Source of the DNA: Ranitomeya imitator
Lineage: Eukaryota
Assembly (NCBI RefSeq): GCF_032444005.1
Contig: NC_091285.1
Span: 471,572,001 to 471,636,000 of the forward strand
Direction: 5' to 3'
DNA: 64,000 nt
The notes beneath the pieces were generated by a model. The model saw nothing but the letters and a program-made list of their open reading frames with translations. It was not told where the DNA came from and searched no databases. How positions within the stretch are numbered: the first letter of the stretch is position 1; the number at the start of each line of letters is the position of its first letter. A program made the position numbers and the translations under genes. Shown one piece after another: positions 34,562 to 47,541 of the stretch.

Positions 34562-37500
34562 CACTTAAAAAAACAAGTCCCCACTCAGGTCTGTCATCTG
34601 TTCAATGGAAATATAGTGGGCTTCCAAGTTACTGGTAGCACAAAGGCTCTGGAAAAGCTAAATGGCCATCGCCACATAAAAGAAATTCAGCAAAATCTGT
34701 GTCCCCAAATTCAAATGCCCACTCCCTTCTGAGCCCCAGTGTACCTAACACGCAGTTAGTGTCCATATGTTTGACATTTCTGTCCACCTAGAGCCCACCT
34801 CATTTATGGGTGCATGAGCTGGGCGCAATATACGGACACTACAATGTACTGGTCACTACAATTGCAGTTTGCAATTTTCACTTAGCAACATTCAATGCTG
34901 CTTGTTCTGGAAAACACCCATGGAGTAAAAATCGACATATCTGTAGATAAATTTTCAAAGGGATCTAATTTCCAGAAAAGGAGGGGTTGAGGGGTGATTA
35001 TGCTCTTCTAGCATTTAGAGGGTCTCTGTATATGGAGTCTGCAAACTTTAATAGAAAAATCTACACTCCAGGTTGCCTCCTGTATAACAGTGCTGCTTAG
35101 CCATACGGTGATACTCGGGAGGGATGGAGCGCAATTTTCGAGTTTTTATTTTCCCTCCCAAGTCTCGCCGTATGGCTAAGCAGTATTGTACAGCTACATT
35201 CAGCAGAAATTGTAGGACACATTTTGTTGCTATTTTCCTCTTTTTTCAGGGTAAAAATGTGAAATCTGGGACTAAAACAAAATTTTGGTGGTAAAAATGC
35301 AATTGTTTTTTTCTTCAGTGCCCAGTGGTATAAAATTTTGTGACCCAGGTGTGGTGTCCATATGATCATGCACCCCTAGATTAATTCATTGAGAGGTGTT
35401 ACTTGTAAATTGGGGTCTCTTATGTGGGGTTCTGCTGTTTTGGCACCTCAGTGTCTCTGCTAATGTGACATGGCACCCTCAAACCAGTCCAGCAAAATGT
35501 GAATTCCAATATGTCGGTTCATTCCTTTGGAGCTTTGTAATGTGCCTAAAAAGTAGTTTTTGACCAGATATGGGGTATCGGTGTACTCAGGAGAAACTGC
35601 AGAACAAATTTTGAGTCAATTTTCTCCTGCTATCCTTGTGAAAATAACATTTTTTGTGTGAATTTCTTTTGTAGCACTACATTATAAACTTCTCTGATTT
35701 TCAATGTGCTCACCATGCATCTAGATATATTTCATGAGGAGGTTTAGCTTCCAAAATGGTGTCACTTGTGGGAGTTTTCCACTATTTAGGCACATCAGGG
35801 GCTCTCGAAACGAGACATGACAATTTTTTTCCAGCAAATTTTGCATTCAAAAAGTTAAATGTCGATCCTTTTCCTATCGAGCCCTGCTGTGTGCCCAAAG
35901 AGTGGTTTTCCCCCACATAAATTGCAATTGCACAATAACTTTTTTGTGGTCCATTTTTTCCTGTTACCCTTCAAAAAAAAAATTTCCTTCCACATTCCAA
36001 AAATGCATGTGAAGCACCTGAAGGGTTTTAGAAAATTCAAAATTCCGAGGCACCAGGGAAAATATAGATAAATCATAACCTTTAATCCATCCTTAACCCC
36101 TTAATTTCCTGAGTTTTTTTCGGTTTTGCATTTTTGTTTTTCGCTCCCCTTCTTCCCAGAGCCATAGCTTCTTTATTTTTCCGTTAATATTTCCATGTGA
36201 AGGCTTGTTTTTTTGTGGGATGAGTTGTACTTATGAACGACACCATTTCTTTTACCATGTCGTGTACTAGAAAATGGTAAAAAAAAAATCCAAATGCAAT
36301 CCCATACTTGTTTTTTGTTTGTCTTTTTTTACTAGGTTCACTAAGTTCTAAAGCTGACCTGCCATTATGATTCTCCAAAACATTACAAGTTCATAGACAC
36401 CAAGCACGTCTAAAAAAAAAAATGTACCATTTTCCGATACCCATAGCATCTCCATTTTTTGTGATCTCGGGTAAGGAGAGGGGATATTTTTTGCATGTCA
36501 AGCTGATGTTTTTAATGATACCATTTTTATGCAGATACGATCTTTTGATTGCCCGTTATTGCATTTTAATTCATTGTTGCAGTGACCACAAAAACGTAAT
36601 TCTGGCATTTTTTCTCGCTACGCCGTTTAGCGATCAGGTTAATCTTTTTTTATTGATAGATAGGGGGGTGATTTGAACTTTTATATTTTTTATATTTTGA
36701 AAAACTTTTTTTTTACTTTTGGCATGGTTCAATAGTCTCCAACACATCTGTGACCCGTGATCATGCGACAGGGGTCACCATGAGTGCGTATTTTTGGCGC
36801 GATTGCCAGAAGCACGATTTAAAAGTCGCTGTCAGTTTGACAGAGGTATTTAACTGGTTAATTGCCACCAGTGGATTGCGATTCCACCCGTGGCTATTGT
36901 TGGCACATGCCAGCTGTTCAAAACAGTTGACCTGTCCCTGGAAAGATGTGGGCTCGACGGTGAGGAAGGGAGTCTGACATCGCCGTACTATTACGCCTGA
37001 TGTCGGAAAGGTGTTATAAAAATCACATGGTGAAATACAATTGAGGTAGACAAGTGAAGCAATTTTCAGCCCAAAAGGAACTTTTTCAAACCAGAAGTAC
37101 AATAAAAATTACAGCTAAGAAGTGGGGAGTACTCGATTGTGACTTTTTATACACCAGAGAAAATGGGCTGAAGGGTTAATAAACTTATTGAATTTGGTTT
37201 TGAATGCCTTGAGGAGTGCAGTTTTTAGAATGTTGTCACTTTTGAGTATTTTAAGTCATTTAGGCACCTCATAGCTACTTCAAATGTGATGTGGTCCCTA
37301 AAAAAAATAAAAAAAAATTTGGGGGGGGAAAATGAGAAATCGCTGGTCAACTCTTAACCCTTATAACTTAACAAAATAAAAAATATTTTTCAAAAATTGT
37401 GCTGACGTAAAGTTGACGTGTGAAATGTTATTTATTAACTAGTTTGTGTAATATGACTCTCTGATTTAAGGGCATAAAAATAAAAAAATGTTACCACTAT

Positions 37501-38724
37501 CATACAGTACAATATGTCACGAAAGAACTTTCTCAGAATCATAATTTCAGAGTTATGACTTCATAAAGTGACACTGCTCAGAATTGATAAATTTGGCCTG
37601 GCCAGGAAGGTGAAAAGAAGCGTGGATGTTGAAGGGGTTAAAGTTTCTTTTCTTTTTATAATATCTGGGAGGATGTCTTACTAAGCTTTCTGTAAACATC
37701 CCAAATGTTAATTAGTTTCCAGTATCTTATTTGTTTTAGAAGTAATGTTTTCATATTCACAGCAGATTGTATTGGGGCTTATTTTTTTGCTGCGCCGTTG
37801 TATAGACATATGTGGAATTTGGACTCATCTGTACATAAAACCTGATTCCATAATGTCTCATATATAACGGTTATCTTATATACATAATTTGTAAGGTAGC
37901 TAATGTTTACACATATGGTTTTGGTTAATAACTAATATTAGTGACAGTGTGGACTGTTTAGTTGGGAGAATACAGCTGTAGCCCATTCTTTATAAGGTAG
38001 GAAGTGAACGTAGCAGTAGGGGGCACGTAAGTAAAGACTGGAGAATTGACATACTTGAATTTATCTTTTATGAGTGCTAAATGTTTTTGCCCAATTTCTG
38101 ATAAATATATATTATTGTATACAGTAGAATGAAAAACACCTTTTTTGAATAGAAAATAAAATATATGAAAGTGTGATGTCTGACTTACAGAGCAGTGTAC
38201 AAGCTTTACTTTCTGTAAAAATCATATTTCTGGCTTACTCACAGTTTGGGTGGAATACAGTTGTCTGCTGGTTTGAAGGCTCTAGAGGTCAACAGAAGAG
38301 TCAGTCTGAGTTTCTTGAATTTGGCATTCAAAAGCATCTGATTTATTAGAGAGGGTTGGATAAATCAGAAATAAAGTTTTCAGATAAATTCAGATAGTTT
38401 GACTAACACTTAGAATCATAAATCAGGAAAATGTATATGACCACTAGTTGGAATCAAAGTAGAGCTATTTTCACTTTTTTCATTTTACAATGATTTTAGT
38501 GGCTCTTCCTCAATCTTCTCCTAAAATAGCCTTAAAATAGTATCCCCAGCTTATATAAATTTGGCAATTTCCCAAATCAATCATATTTTGCTATTTAGTT
38601 AGAGAAAACATCATTTTTTTTAGTTTTAAAACAACAAAAACTATAATGACGTACACTGCATTAGCTAATAAATATTGTCAAATCCTCATAAAACTGACAT
38701 CCCCATATTATTGTGGAAGCCTAA

Positions 38725-39127
38725 GGCTATGTGCACACGTTCAGGAATTCATGCAGAAAATTCCTGTGAAAATCCGGACATTTCTGCCAGATTTTCGCAT
38801 GAAATCCGCATGCGTTTTTTTGCGCATTTTTTGCACGGTTTTGATGCGGTTTTTGCGTGTTTTTTTGCGCGTTTTTTTTCGGACGTTTCCCAATGCATTA
38901 GACAGTGGGAAAACTGCGAAAAAAACGCAAAATTAATGAGCAGGTTCATTATTTTTCTGCAATGCGTTTTTCATGCGGAAAAACGCACATCATGTGCACA
39001 GAAGTTGCGGATTTCATTAAAAATGATAGGATGCTTAATGCATGCAGATTATTTGCAGTTTTATAGCGTTTTTATAGCGCAAAAATGCTAAAAAACCACA
39101 AATAATCTGCAACGTGTGCACATAGCC
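38725..39127. mobile_element. Harbinger/Tourist-type MITE (403 bp)
   Basis: TAA|GGCTATGTGCACACGTT ... AACGTGTGCACATAGCC|TAA. Confidence 0.9.
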
Positions 39128-40133
39128 TAAGAATGGGAAGAAGGCACACTTATAGGGTGACACAGCCACCCCAGAAGTTGAGCATCACATTAGATGTGCC
39201 AACTCTGGTGCTTTGCCTTGTTCTTTTCGATGCCTTGGTGCGTTGGCAATCGGGGTAATGGGGTGTTGAAGTTAATGTCAGCTGTGAATTGTCCAAAAAA
39301 CACAGCTGACATCAAGTTCTGGTGTTAGTAATGGAGAGGTTTCTAAATACACCCCCATTATTAACCCTGTAGGAAAAAAGAAAAACATACCTTTATTCAA
39401 ATATATACCCCCGACACTATTAGTCCACAATTGGAAATCAGAAAAACATAAACACAAGACACTGTCCCTCATTCACCAATTTAGTACAAAACAAATTCCC
39501 ACACTAGTCCGCCGTAGTCCACCGAGTCTGATGTAGTCCTGAGCGCAGTGACCAGGAATGTCTGAACAGCAATGATGCTACTGATGTCACTGCTTTTCAG
39601 AGGTGCTGGGTCATGCCCATTTCTGAAGAGCTGTGACATCAGTAAATTGGTGAACGAGGGATAGTGTCGAGGGTGTTTATTTGAATATTTTTGTGTCTGT
39701 GTTTTTCTTTTTTTCTAACTAGGTTAGTAATGGGGTGTCTGATAGACACCTCTCTGTTACCAGCACCAGCTTTGTTTTTGGACACTATACAGCTGACATC
39801 AGGCCCAAGCCATATTACCCCAATTGCCAACACACCAGGCCATTGGGAAAAGCCAAGGCAAAGGGCCAAAATTGGCACACCTAATGTGATGGACCTTCCC
39901 AGCCTGATAATATGAGCTTTCAGCTGTCTGCTTTATCTTTGCTGGTTAAAAAAAATGGTAGGCCCCATATGTTCTTTTTTTAATTTGTGCAATCATAAAA
40001 AACTGTCCAAAAAGCTCCACAAGCTGCAATTTTATAATATGTGTGTGTATGGGCGTTGTACAATTATATGTTGATATATCTGTTGGTCTATGTATATATC
40101 TGTGCCTGTCTATCTATACATCTATCTTCCATT

Positions 40134-40276
40134 GGGAAAATAAGTATTTGATACACTGCCAATTTTGCAAGTTTTCCAATCTATAAAGAATGGAGAGGTC
40201 TATATTTTTTATCATAGGCATACTTTAACTTTAGGAGATAAAATCTAAAAATAAAAAAACAGAAAATCACATTGTA
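40134..40276 (+). mobile_element. Tc1 family A, 5' fragment
   Basis: GGGAAAATAAGTATTTGATACACTGCC Tc1-type left end, interrupted at a TA by another Tc1. Confidence 0.55.
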
Positions 40277-40414
40277 CACTGCTAAAAAAAAAGGAACACT
40301 TAAACAACAAAATATAACTCCAAGTAAATCAAACTTCTGTGAAATCAAACTGTCCCACTTAGGAAGCAACACTGTTTGACAATCAATTTCACATGCTGTT
40401 GTGCAAATGGAATA

Positions 40415-40888
40415 CATGTAGAAAAGCCGCGGAGACACCATCACGTGTTTCTCAATGCAAGCAATAAATAGCCAGGTCTTTCACCGGGAAGAAACAACCA
40501 CGGGAAGGGCAGCATCCAAAAGGAATACCACCTATGCCAAAACATGGTATCCATCCACAGACAGCTGTTTCGGGGTATTTGCCCCTCATCAGTGTGGAGT
40601 AGGAAACTGGCTATTAGGAGCAGTGCCTGGTAAAAGGACTATAAACATAAGGATGAATGGAGATCAAAATATCCAACACCATGGAGACACCATCACGTGT
40701 TTCTCAACGCAGTGATCCAGAACACTGGTCCCCATCCCTTATGGGAAATATGCAAATGCATGTAGAAAAGCCACGGAGACACCATCACGTGTTTCTCAAC
40801 GCAAGCACTGCGTTGAGAAACACGTGATGGTGTCTCCGCGGTGTTGGATGTTTTGATCTTCCCGAGGTCATTCATCCTTATGTTTATA
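40415..40888 (-). mobile_element. Retrozyme-like non-autonomous element: 1.14 copies of a 344-nt monomer plus an inverted arm
   Basis: 14-bp TSD GTGCAAATGGAATA (40401-40414, 40889-40902). 49-bp direct repeat at 40415 and 40759. Arm 40806-40890 is the inverse of 40638-40714. Canonical HHR. Confidence 0.88.
40554..40598 (-). ncRNA. Canonical minimal type I hammerhead ribozyme
   Basis: Minus strand reads TCCACA-CTGATGA-GGGG-caaata-CCCC-GAAA-CAGCTG-TC-TGTGGA (GUC site, palindromic stem III). Confidence 0.92.
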
Positions 40889-41347
40889 GTGCAAATGGAA
40901 TAGACAACAGATGGAAATTATCAAGACACACTCAATAAAGGAGTGGTTCTGAAGGTGGGGACCACAGACCACATCTCAGTACCAATGCTTTCTGGCTGAT
41001 ATTCTGGTCACTTTTGAATGTTGGTTGTGCTTTCACACTCATAGTAGCATGAGACGGACTCTACAACCCACACAAGTGGCTCAGGTAGTGCAGCTCATCC
41101 AGGATGGCACTTCAATGCGAGCTGTGGCAAGAAGGTTTGCTGTGTCTGTCAGCGTAGTGTCCAGAGGCTGGAGGCGCTACCAGGAAACAGGCCAGTAAAC
41201 CAGGAAATGTTGATGGCAATGTAGGAGGGCAACCACCCAGCAGCAGGACCGCTACATCAGCCTTTCTGCAAGGAGGAGCACTGCCAGAGCCCTGCAAAAT
41301 GACCTCCAGTAGGCCACAAATGTGCCTGCACAAACAGTTAGAAACCT

Positions 41348-41886
41348 GTTAGAAATGGACATGAAATTACTTGTATTAAATGGTAACTTCAAATCTCATT
41401 GAGACAGAAGGATCTGGGAATATAAGCTGATGATGATTTTTGACACTCACAGTGCAGGAATGAATGTTTCGCATGGATTTATGTATTTTTACATCAACTA
41501 AGGAATTTGCTCCTCAGAACATATGGGGTCACCATAACATAGAACCAGACCTCAATCAGAGGACAATAAAACATTCACACTCCTTATCTATGAACTGCTC
41601 CAATATTTATTGACATAACTGTTTATCACTCACATAATGGTAATTCTGCTTAACGTCACCTGTCTTATCTATGGCATTTTCCTGTGCTGTGTTGTGCATA
41701 CATATGTGATTCTTCAGAATTTGTATTAGTCTATGTCTGGTGAAGAGACCTGAGTAGTCTTGAAAGCTTGCAATTTGTTACCATCTTTTCAGTTAGCCAT
41801 TAAAAGGTATTAACCACTGAGGACTCTCAATTCTAAATATATTTCTATTCACTGGCTAACATGGTACCAAGACATATATCTTTCCT
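41348..41886 (+). mobile_element. 3' remnant of another PLE (GIY-YIG C-terminus plus 3' region with a degenerate HHR)
   Basis: 41352-41501 translates EMDMKLLVLNGNFKSH*DRRIWEYKLMMIFDTHSAGMN..., matching the R..E..I....T...G.N end of PLE endonucleases. HHR-like CTGGTGA-A-GAGAC-ctgagta-GTCTT-GAAA-GC-TT at 41737-41769. Confidence 0.65.
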
Positions 41887-41887
41887 G

Positions 41888-42366
41888 TAGAAAATGGAAG
41901 AAACACAAGATGACTGTCAATCTTCCTTGGTCTGTGGCTCCATGCAAGATCTTGCCTCTACGGTTAAGGATGATTCTGAAAAAAGGTCAGGGATCATCCC
42001 AGAACTACATGGGAAGACCTGGTCAATGACCTGAAGAGAACTGGAACCACAGTCTCAAACATCACCATTAGTACCACACTAAATCATCATGGACTAAAAC
42101 CCTGCAGGTCCCCTTGCTCATGCCAGCACTTGTCCAAGCCTGTTTGAAGTTCACCAATGACCATCTGGATGATCCAGAGGAAGCATGGGAGAAGCTCATG
42201 TGGTCAGACATGAAAAATAACTTTGATATCAACTCCTCATGCCTTGTTTGGATGAAATAGATGGATGAGAACAACTCCAAGAACAACCTCCCAACCTTAA
42301 GCATGGTGGGGGAAACATCAAACATTGGGGGTGCTTTTCTGCAAAGGGGACATTACAACTGCACCA
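41888..42366 (+). mobile_element. Tc1 family A, degenerate internal transposase fragment
   Basis: RKWK..HK.TVNLP.S.APCKI and WEKLMWSD-like remnants with frameshifts. Confidence 0.65.
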
Positions 42367-43145
42367 TGATACTCAATTATGTACAGATACCATAATAGTT
42401 CTAGACCAGAACATCAAGGAACCCCAACATAATGCAGAAGAACAAAATCACAAAGAACCCTGACATGAAGCACATCGTTTTAATTAGCTTGTCATTACAT
42501 TCAGCCCACTTACTGATTTTTTCTTTGTTTCAAATATTGCATTTATTTTTGCATTTATGACAGCTTAGTCTTTTTATTCTGTTTCTTGTTACTACTGTAT
42601 ATAACTTTGAGAATGTCATTAACCCCTATGATTGAGTTTTAAATGCTCCTTTCATATAGTGTTTTCTTTTAACATTTTGTCTAGTAACACATTTTTCTAT
42701 ACTTAATATGCAAAGTAATACATTTTGCGCAAAGCGATAATAAATTCAACTGTCTTCATATTTTATGGGATCTATATTATGGGGACACTTCCCTATTAAG
42801 GCCGGCGTCACACTTGGCGTAAGACATTACGGTACGTTTTCTACGTCCGTAATACGCGCGTGATACGCCAAAATGTCTCCGTAATCTCTCTCCGTAGTTC
42901 TTGCGTCGCCTAGGTGTGGTCGCGTATTTTGCGCATGTACTGGTCCGTGTGTAATCCGTATGTGATCCGTATGGCGTTTTTACCACGCACCATTCCAAAA
43001 TGGACATTTAACGGTTTTCTGGCCTGCAAATCATTTAAACCATCATTAACAACACTATTTAAGCCCTCGACAACAGGTGTACCCCTCCCATATGCCCTAT
43101 ATGTTCTCAAGCATATTTTGGCTGTGGTACTTGGAGCTCCCAAAC

Positions 43146-44735
43146 ATGTCTGACCATGTGTATTTAAGCACAACTCAGCGGGTGTTGCTTCACTGGGTGT
43201 TGTCTCGTCGCTTTGGCCAGCCATATACGGTCAATGCAGATCCGCGAAGGAGGAGACAAAGATTGTGGGTCCATCCTCTATTGACCCAACGCCCGAGTAA
43301 AGGACATTTCCAGAGACTCTATTCATCTTTGAGGGCCCATCCAGACAAATTTTTCCTGTATACTCGCATGTCCATCAGGACTTTTGACATGTTGCTGGAG
43401 ATCTTACGTCCTGGACTCACCTATCAGGACACCTGGATGAGAAAAGCCATCTCTGCTGAGGAGCGTCTGCTCCTAACCTTACGGTATGTATTTAGACCTT
43501 TTAGATTTTGTTGTGTTGGCCAATGTGTTTTGTCCTACTATGTTTCAGTTCCTTAACTTAGACATGAGGCCACAAGCACATTTCTAAAAATGTGTTTAAT
43601 ATTTGATTATAGTAATACTGTGAAATGTCCCTTTTTGCTTACTCAATAATCACAGAGAAAATTTACTAGACACTTGTGTTTCGTCCTGTTTTCATATTCC
43701 TCATGTTCCTTTATTTTGTTTTCCTTGTTTTTCAGCTTCCTGGCCACAGGCTTGTCCTATGCGGGTCTACACCTGGAGTTTCTCATTGGGCGTTCTACCA
43801 TTTCAGTCATTGTTAGGACAACCTGTTCCCAAATATGGCTGAAACTTAACGAAGTTGTGATGCCAGAGCCAAAAATGGATGATTGGCTCAAAATCGCCAC
43901 TGGATTCCAAAATACTTGTGACTTCCCTAACTGCATTGGAGCTGTGGATGGGAAACATATCAGGGTGCGTAAGCCGCCGAACTCTGGTTCCCAATTCTAC
44001 AATTATAAGCAGTTTTTCTCTGTAGTTATGTTAGCAGTTGCTGACAGCAACTACAGGTTTATAATTGTAGACATTGGGGCCTATGGCCGAACTGGAGACT
44101 CTAGGGTCTTCAATTCGTCCATAATGGGTCGCCGGCTACGTGACAACCAGTTGAACCTCCCACCACCACAACAACTCCCAGGCTCCAATGCGGAAGCAGT
44201 GCCTTTTGTTTTGGTTGGAGATGAGGCCTTCCAACTGACGAGGCACGTCATGAGGCCTTACCCCAGGCGCAACCTTGACCACCGGCGGAGGGTTTTTAAT
44301 TTGAGACTTACCAGGGCACGGAGACTGGTTGAGTGCGCCTTTGGGATTCTTGTAGCCAAATGGCGTGTTCTTCAGTCTGCAATTCAGCTGAGTGAGGCTT
44401 CAATCAATGAAGTGATCAAAGCCTGTGTAATTCTACATAATTTCACCAGAATACATGATTGTTTGTCTACTAATTTGCAAAATCACGTCATGACCAATCA
44501 TAGTAGGCCTCCCCCATATGTCCCTCCTCGGCGACGTCCCCTTTCTGGCCTAAAAGTTCGGGATGTGTTCACCAATTATTTTTTGAGTCCTCAGGGTGCC
44601 ACTCCCTGGCAAGACTATGCAATTTTGCATGTGCAATTATTTATGTACCTAAATTTTGCCATTATCAAGTTTGAAAATATGTCTGCTGTGTTTAATTTGT
44701 TGACATATGGTTCTGATCATATCATGTGTGTGTGA
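43146..44735 (+). CDS. Harbinger DDE transposase, 2 exons (43146-43483, 43736-44735), 445 aa
   Basis: GT-AG intron 43484-43735 restores ERLLLTLR-FLATG. Motifs GAVDGKH, GDEAF, VECAFGIL and ACVILHNF are intact. Confidence 0.92.
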
Positions 44736-44976
44736 GTTAAGAAGAATGAACAGAGTGCATACATAGTTTTTTGTTAAGTAAAGGCAATTTTACTTCTTAA
44801 ACTTGTTTTTGGTTTTTTTGTTTGTTTTGGCATAACCAATCTTTGTGCACAAAAAAGAACAGCTTTTTTTTAACAAAAAAAAAACAACAAAGTAAAATAA
44901 AAGCATTACAGCTTGCTTTTTAAGCACAAACCAAACCAAATGTCTTAAACAAATTAAAAAAAAGTTGTACCCAACA

Positions 44977-46790
44977 TTACAAGTCCTGGTACGTAGGAAG
45001 GGGAGAAGTGGATTGGTCTGGGTCACCATCAGATGGCCTTTGCAGGCCCAATTGTCCAGCAGCCTGTGCGGCTGTTATAGTGGCTTGCGGGAAATTCTGC
45101 CTGCTCTGATGCTGGCCACTTTGATGAGTGGGGCCTGGATTTGGGAGATAACCCTGATGTTGCAGCCCATATGTGCGGGAATCATACCCCAACCCAAAAT
45201 GACCATATTGTCCAAACCCAGGTTGGGACCAGCCTCCAGCACTGGGTGCGGACAAGTGGCCATATTGGGATGGTTGATGATATCCTGCAATATGGTGCTG
45301 ATGTTGCCATTGTTGGTTAGTTGGTGGTTGGGGTGGAGGTGTTGGCTGACGTGGAGGGGGTGCTTCAGATCCTTGGTGCGCATGCTGGCCTTGTAGTCTC
45401 GGAGGCCGCAGAATATTTTCAGGTGACATCTGCCACTGTTCAATCATCTGCATCAGATTGTATGGGTTATTTGGGGGGGTGCATGCGTCAATAAGGATCT
45501 GAAAACACCCTCTCAAACGCAGCCTCAACTCCCGCTCTATGGAGCATAAATACTGGGCAAGGCTCCGTGTGAATCCCTCCTCCCCATCATCCTCTCGAAC
45601 CCGGGCCAAATAGTTCATGACCCCAGCATCCACGTTTTGCCTGCTTTGGCGAAGCTCTCTCCTGCGTCGTGCACGCTGGGGTCTGACTGCAGCCTGTGGG
45701 GATCGGTCCAGGGCAACAGTTGGGCTGCTGCTATTACCAGGGTCATCCTGGCTAGGTGCTGCTGCTGCAGAAGAGAACTGTGGGCCCTCTGGGTTTTCTT
45801 CAGAATCAGCTGGAGCTGGGTGGGCAGATGATGAATATGCTGTAGGTCTTGCGCAGGAGGGAGCAGCAGATGGACCAGCCACCTCTTCACCTTCTCCAAC
45901 TGGGTCAATGACCAGTTCTGAGTCCGACCCTGTCTCCCTGTCAGTGAGGTTAGACTGAGTTCTGCAAAGATAAATTTGACCAGTTACTATGTTTTTTGGA
46001 ATCATCTCTCAACATTCAAAAATTAACCCATTTTGAGATGTTTTTACTTACGGCCTGAGGTCCATGCTGGGGTTAAGGAAGGTTAGGCGGTCAAAGTAGA
46101 TGTATTTTTTTTTTTTAGGAGGGGCCCCGGCTCCACTTCTCTCCCGCTGCTGCCTCTCCCTCCTATACTGGTCCCGGATACTCCGCCACCTTGTTGTAAC
46201 ATCATCCACTGAAACAACAAAAAATACACACATTGCTTAGACCATTATGCAGAGTGCTCACACAAGGTGTAATGGAGTACACAGATTGCAATGTAGCATA
46301 GAAAGAGGCTTTTGTGGCTCACATTAAGCCAGAATTTCCTCAAAAAAATACAAATTAGGAAGAAAGGCCACAAGGACAGAGTCAGCTAACCTCTATCACA
46401 GAAAAACAAATTACTGGAAAACCATGTTATTAAGGGAACACCTGTTCTAAACCTTAATCAAATCCATTTATCATATCCAGCACCATGTATATACTGCTTG
46501 GATATATATAACTTTAAGGATGAATTAATAAATTAAGGTTTAGCAATTCAAAGTAGTAAGGGCCTGCTGTTTAGCAAGAACATTACATTGCAAACATGGG
46601 TGTACTTACTTATTTGTCGCTGGGCCGCACGTGGCTGCTGGTCATACTGGGGAAAGAGGGACCCACACACGCTCCTCCATGCAGCTTGTTTTACTGCCCT
46701 GTTGGCATAGTTGGGGTCTCTTTGGTCCCAGATATCTGGCCTCTCCTGGATCAAAATGATCAGCATGTCAACATTAATTATGCGGGCCAT
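44977..46790 (-). CDS. Harbinger Myb/SANT-like (MADF) DNA-binding protein, 3 exons (46790-46610, 46208-46052, 45961-44977), 440 aa
   Basis: LIILIQERPDIWD...W...RWRSIRDQYRRE MADF signature. Both introns are GTAAGT...CAG with matching phases (1323 nt = 441 codons). BESS-like segment FTRSLAQYLCSI...FQILID. Confidence 0.9.
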
Positions 46791-47501
46791 GCTGAATCTC
46801 TCACTCCGTGGAGGCGTGCAGCAGACTTCCGGGTTCACTGTCTGGCTTTTTCAGCTAATTAGCATGTCTCACCTGCCTGATTGATGGCTTTCGAAAGTTC
46901 AGGACATCTGCCAGTGAGGTGCGTATTTCTCGCAATGCACACGCATGGTCCGTATGCATTCCGTATTATACGCTCTCCCATAGACTTGCATTGGCGTTTT
47001 TTTTGCGCAATACGCTGACAAACGCTGCATGCTGCGATTTTGTACGGCTGTAGAGGAACGTATAATACGGATCCGTAATATACGCCTAAAAGGACTAGAC
47101 CCATTGAGAATCATGGTGCCGTATGTTTAGCGAGTTTTACGTACGTAGATTATGCGCTCTTACGCACGTAAAACTCGCATGTGTGACGGCGGCCTAACCC
47201 AAACTGCAAAAACATATTGTGCCATTTACTTAAAAGCTCCTTCCAGTTCCAGTGATTAGTGGCTGTATGTTTCCTTATGTACTGTATACATGATGATAAA
47301 GTTTGCTACCTTGATTAAGTTTTATTCAACCCTTGTCAAAATTTTTGTTTAGCATGTTGAGTTAGACATTAATTAAAACAGCAAATCCAACAGAAAATAG
47401 ATACTCCAGCTCCGATAAAAACTTGAAATCTTTAATAATCCAAATGGTTAAAATAGACAATCCTCACATGTGGTGGACCAGACAGGTGTTTGTAATAGAT
47501 A

Positions 47502-47541
47502 AGGCTTCGCGTTTCGACCTGAATCGGTCTTACTCATGCCT
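47502..47541 (-). ncRNA. Variant hammerhead (A3-U8 core), U16.1 mutated to A
   Basis: Minus strand reads AGGC-ATGAGTA-A-GACC-gattca-GGTC-GAAA-CGCG-AA-GCCT. Confidence 0.55.

Larger units (their letters stand above)
33180..37641. mobile_element. Degraded piggyBac-like non-autonomous element(s) with nested MITEs
   Basis: Segments are reverse-complement homologues of 17765-21682 (e.g. 35573-35630 vs 18427-18490; 37330-37430 vs 18070-18160). TTAACCCCTT at 36093 and AAGGGGTTAA ending 37641. Boundaries are approximate. Confidence 0.55.
40277..41347 (+). mobile_element. Tc1 family B, 5' part with degenerate transposase N-terminus (ATG at 41049)
   Basis: TA|CACTGCTAAAAAAAAAGGAACAC left end; [39 protein letters not shown] paired-like domain followed by stops. 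Confidence 0.8.
42800..47194. mobile_element. Autonomous-type PIF/Harbinger transposon (4395 bp)
   Basis: TIRs GGCCGGCGTCACAC / GTGTGACGGCGGCC (1 mismatch), TAA TSD on both sides, two convergent genes. Confidence 0.97.

Noticed and set aside
43146-44735. HARBI1 host gene
   Set aside because: It is bounded by TIRs and a TAA TSD and paired with a MADF gene, so it is a transposon copy; no gene symbol assigned.
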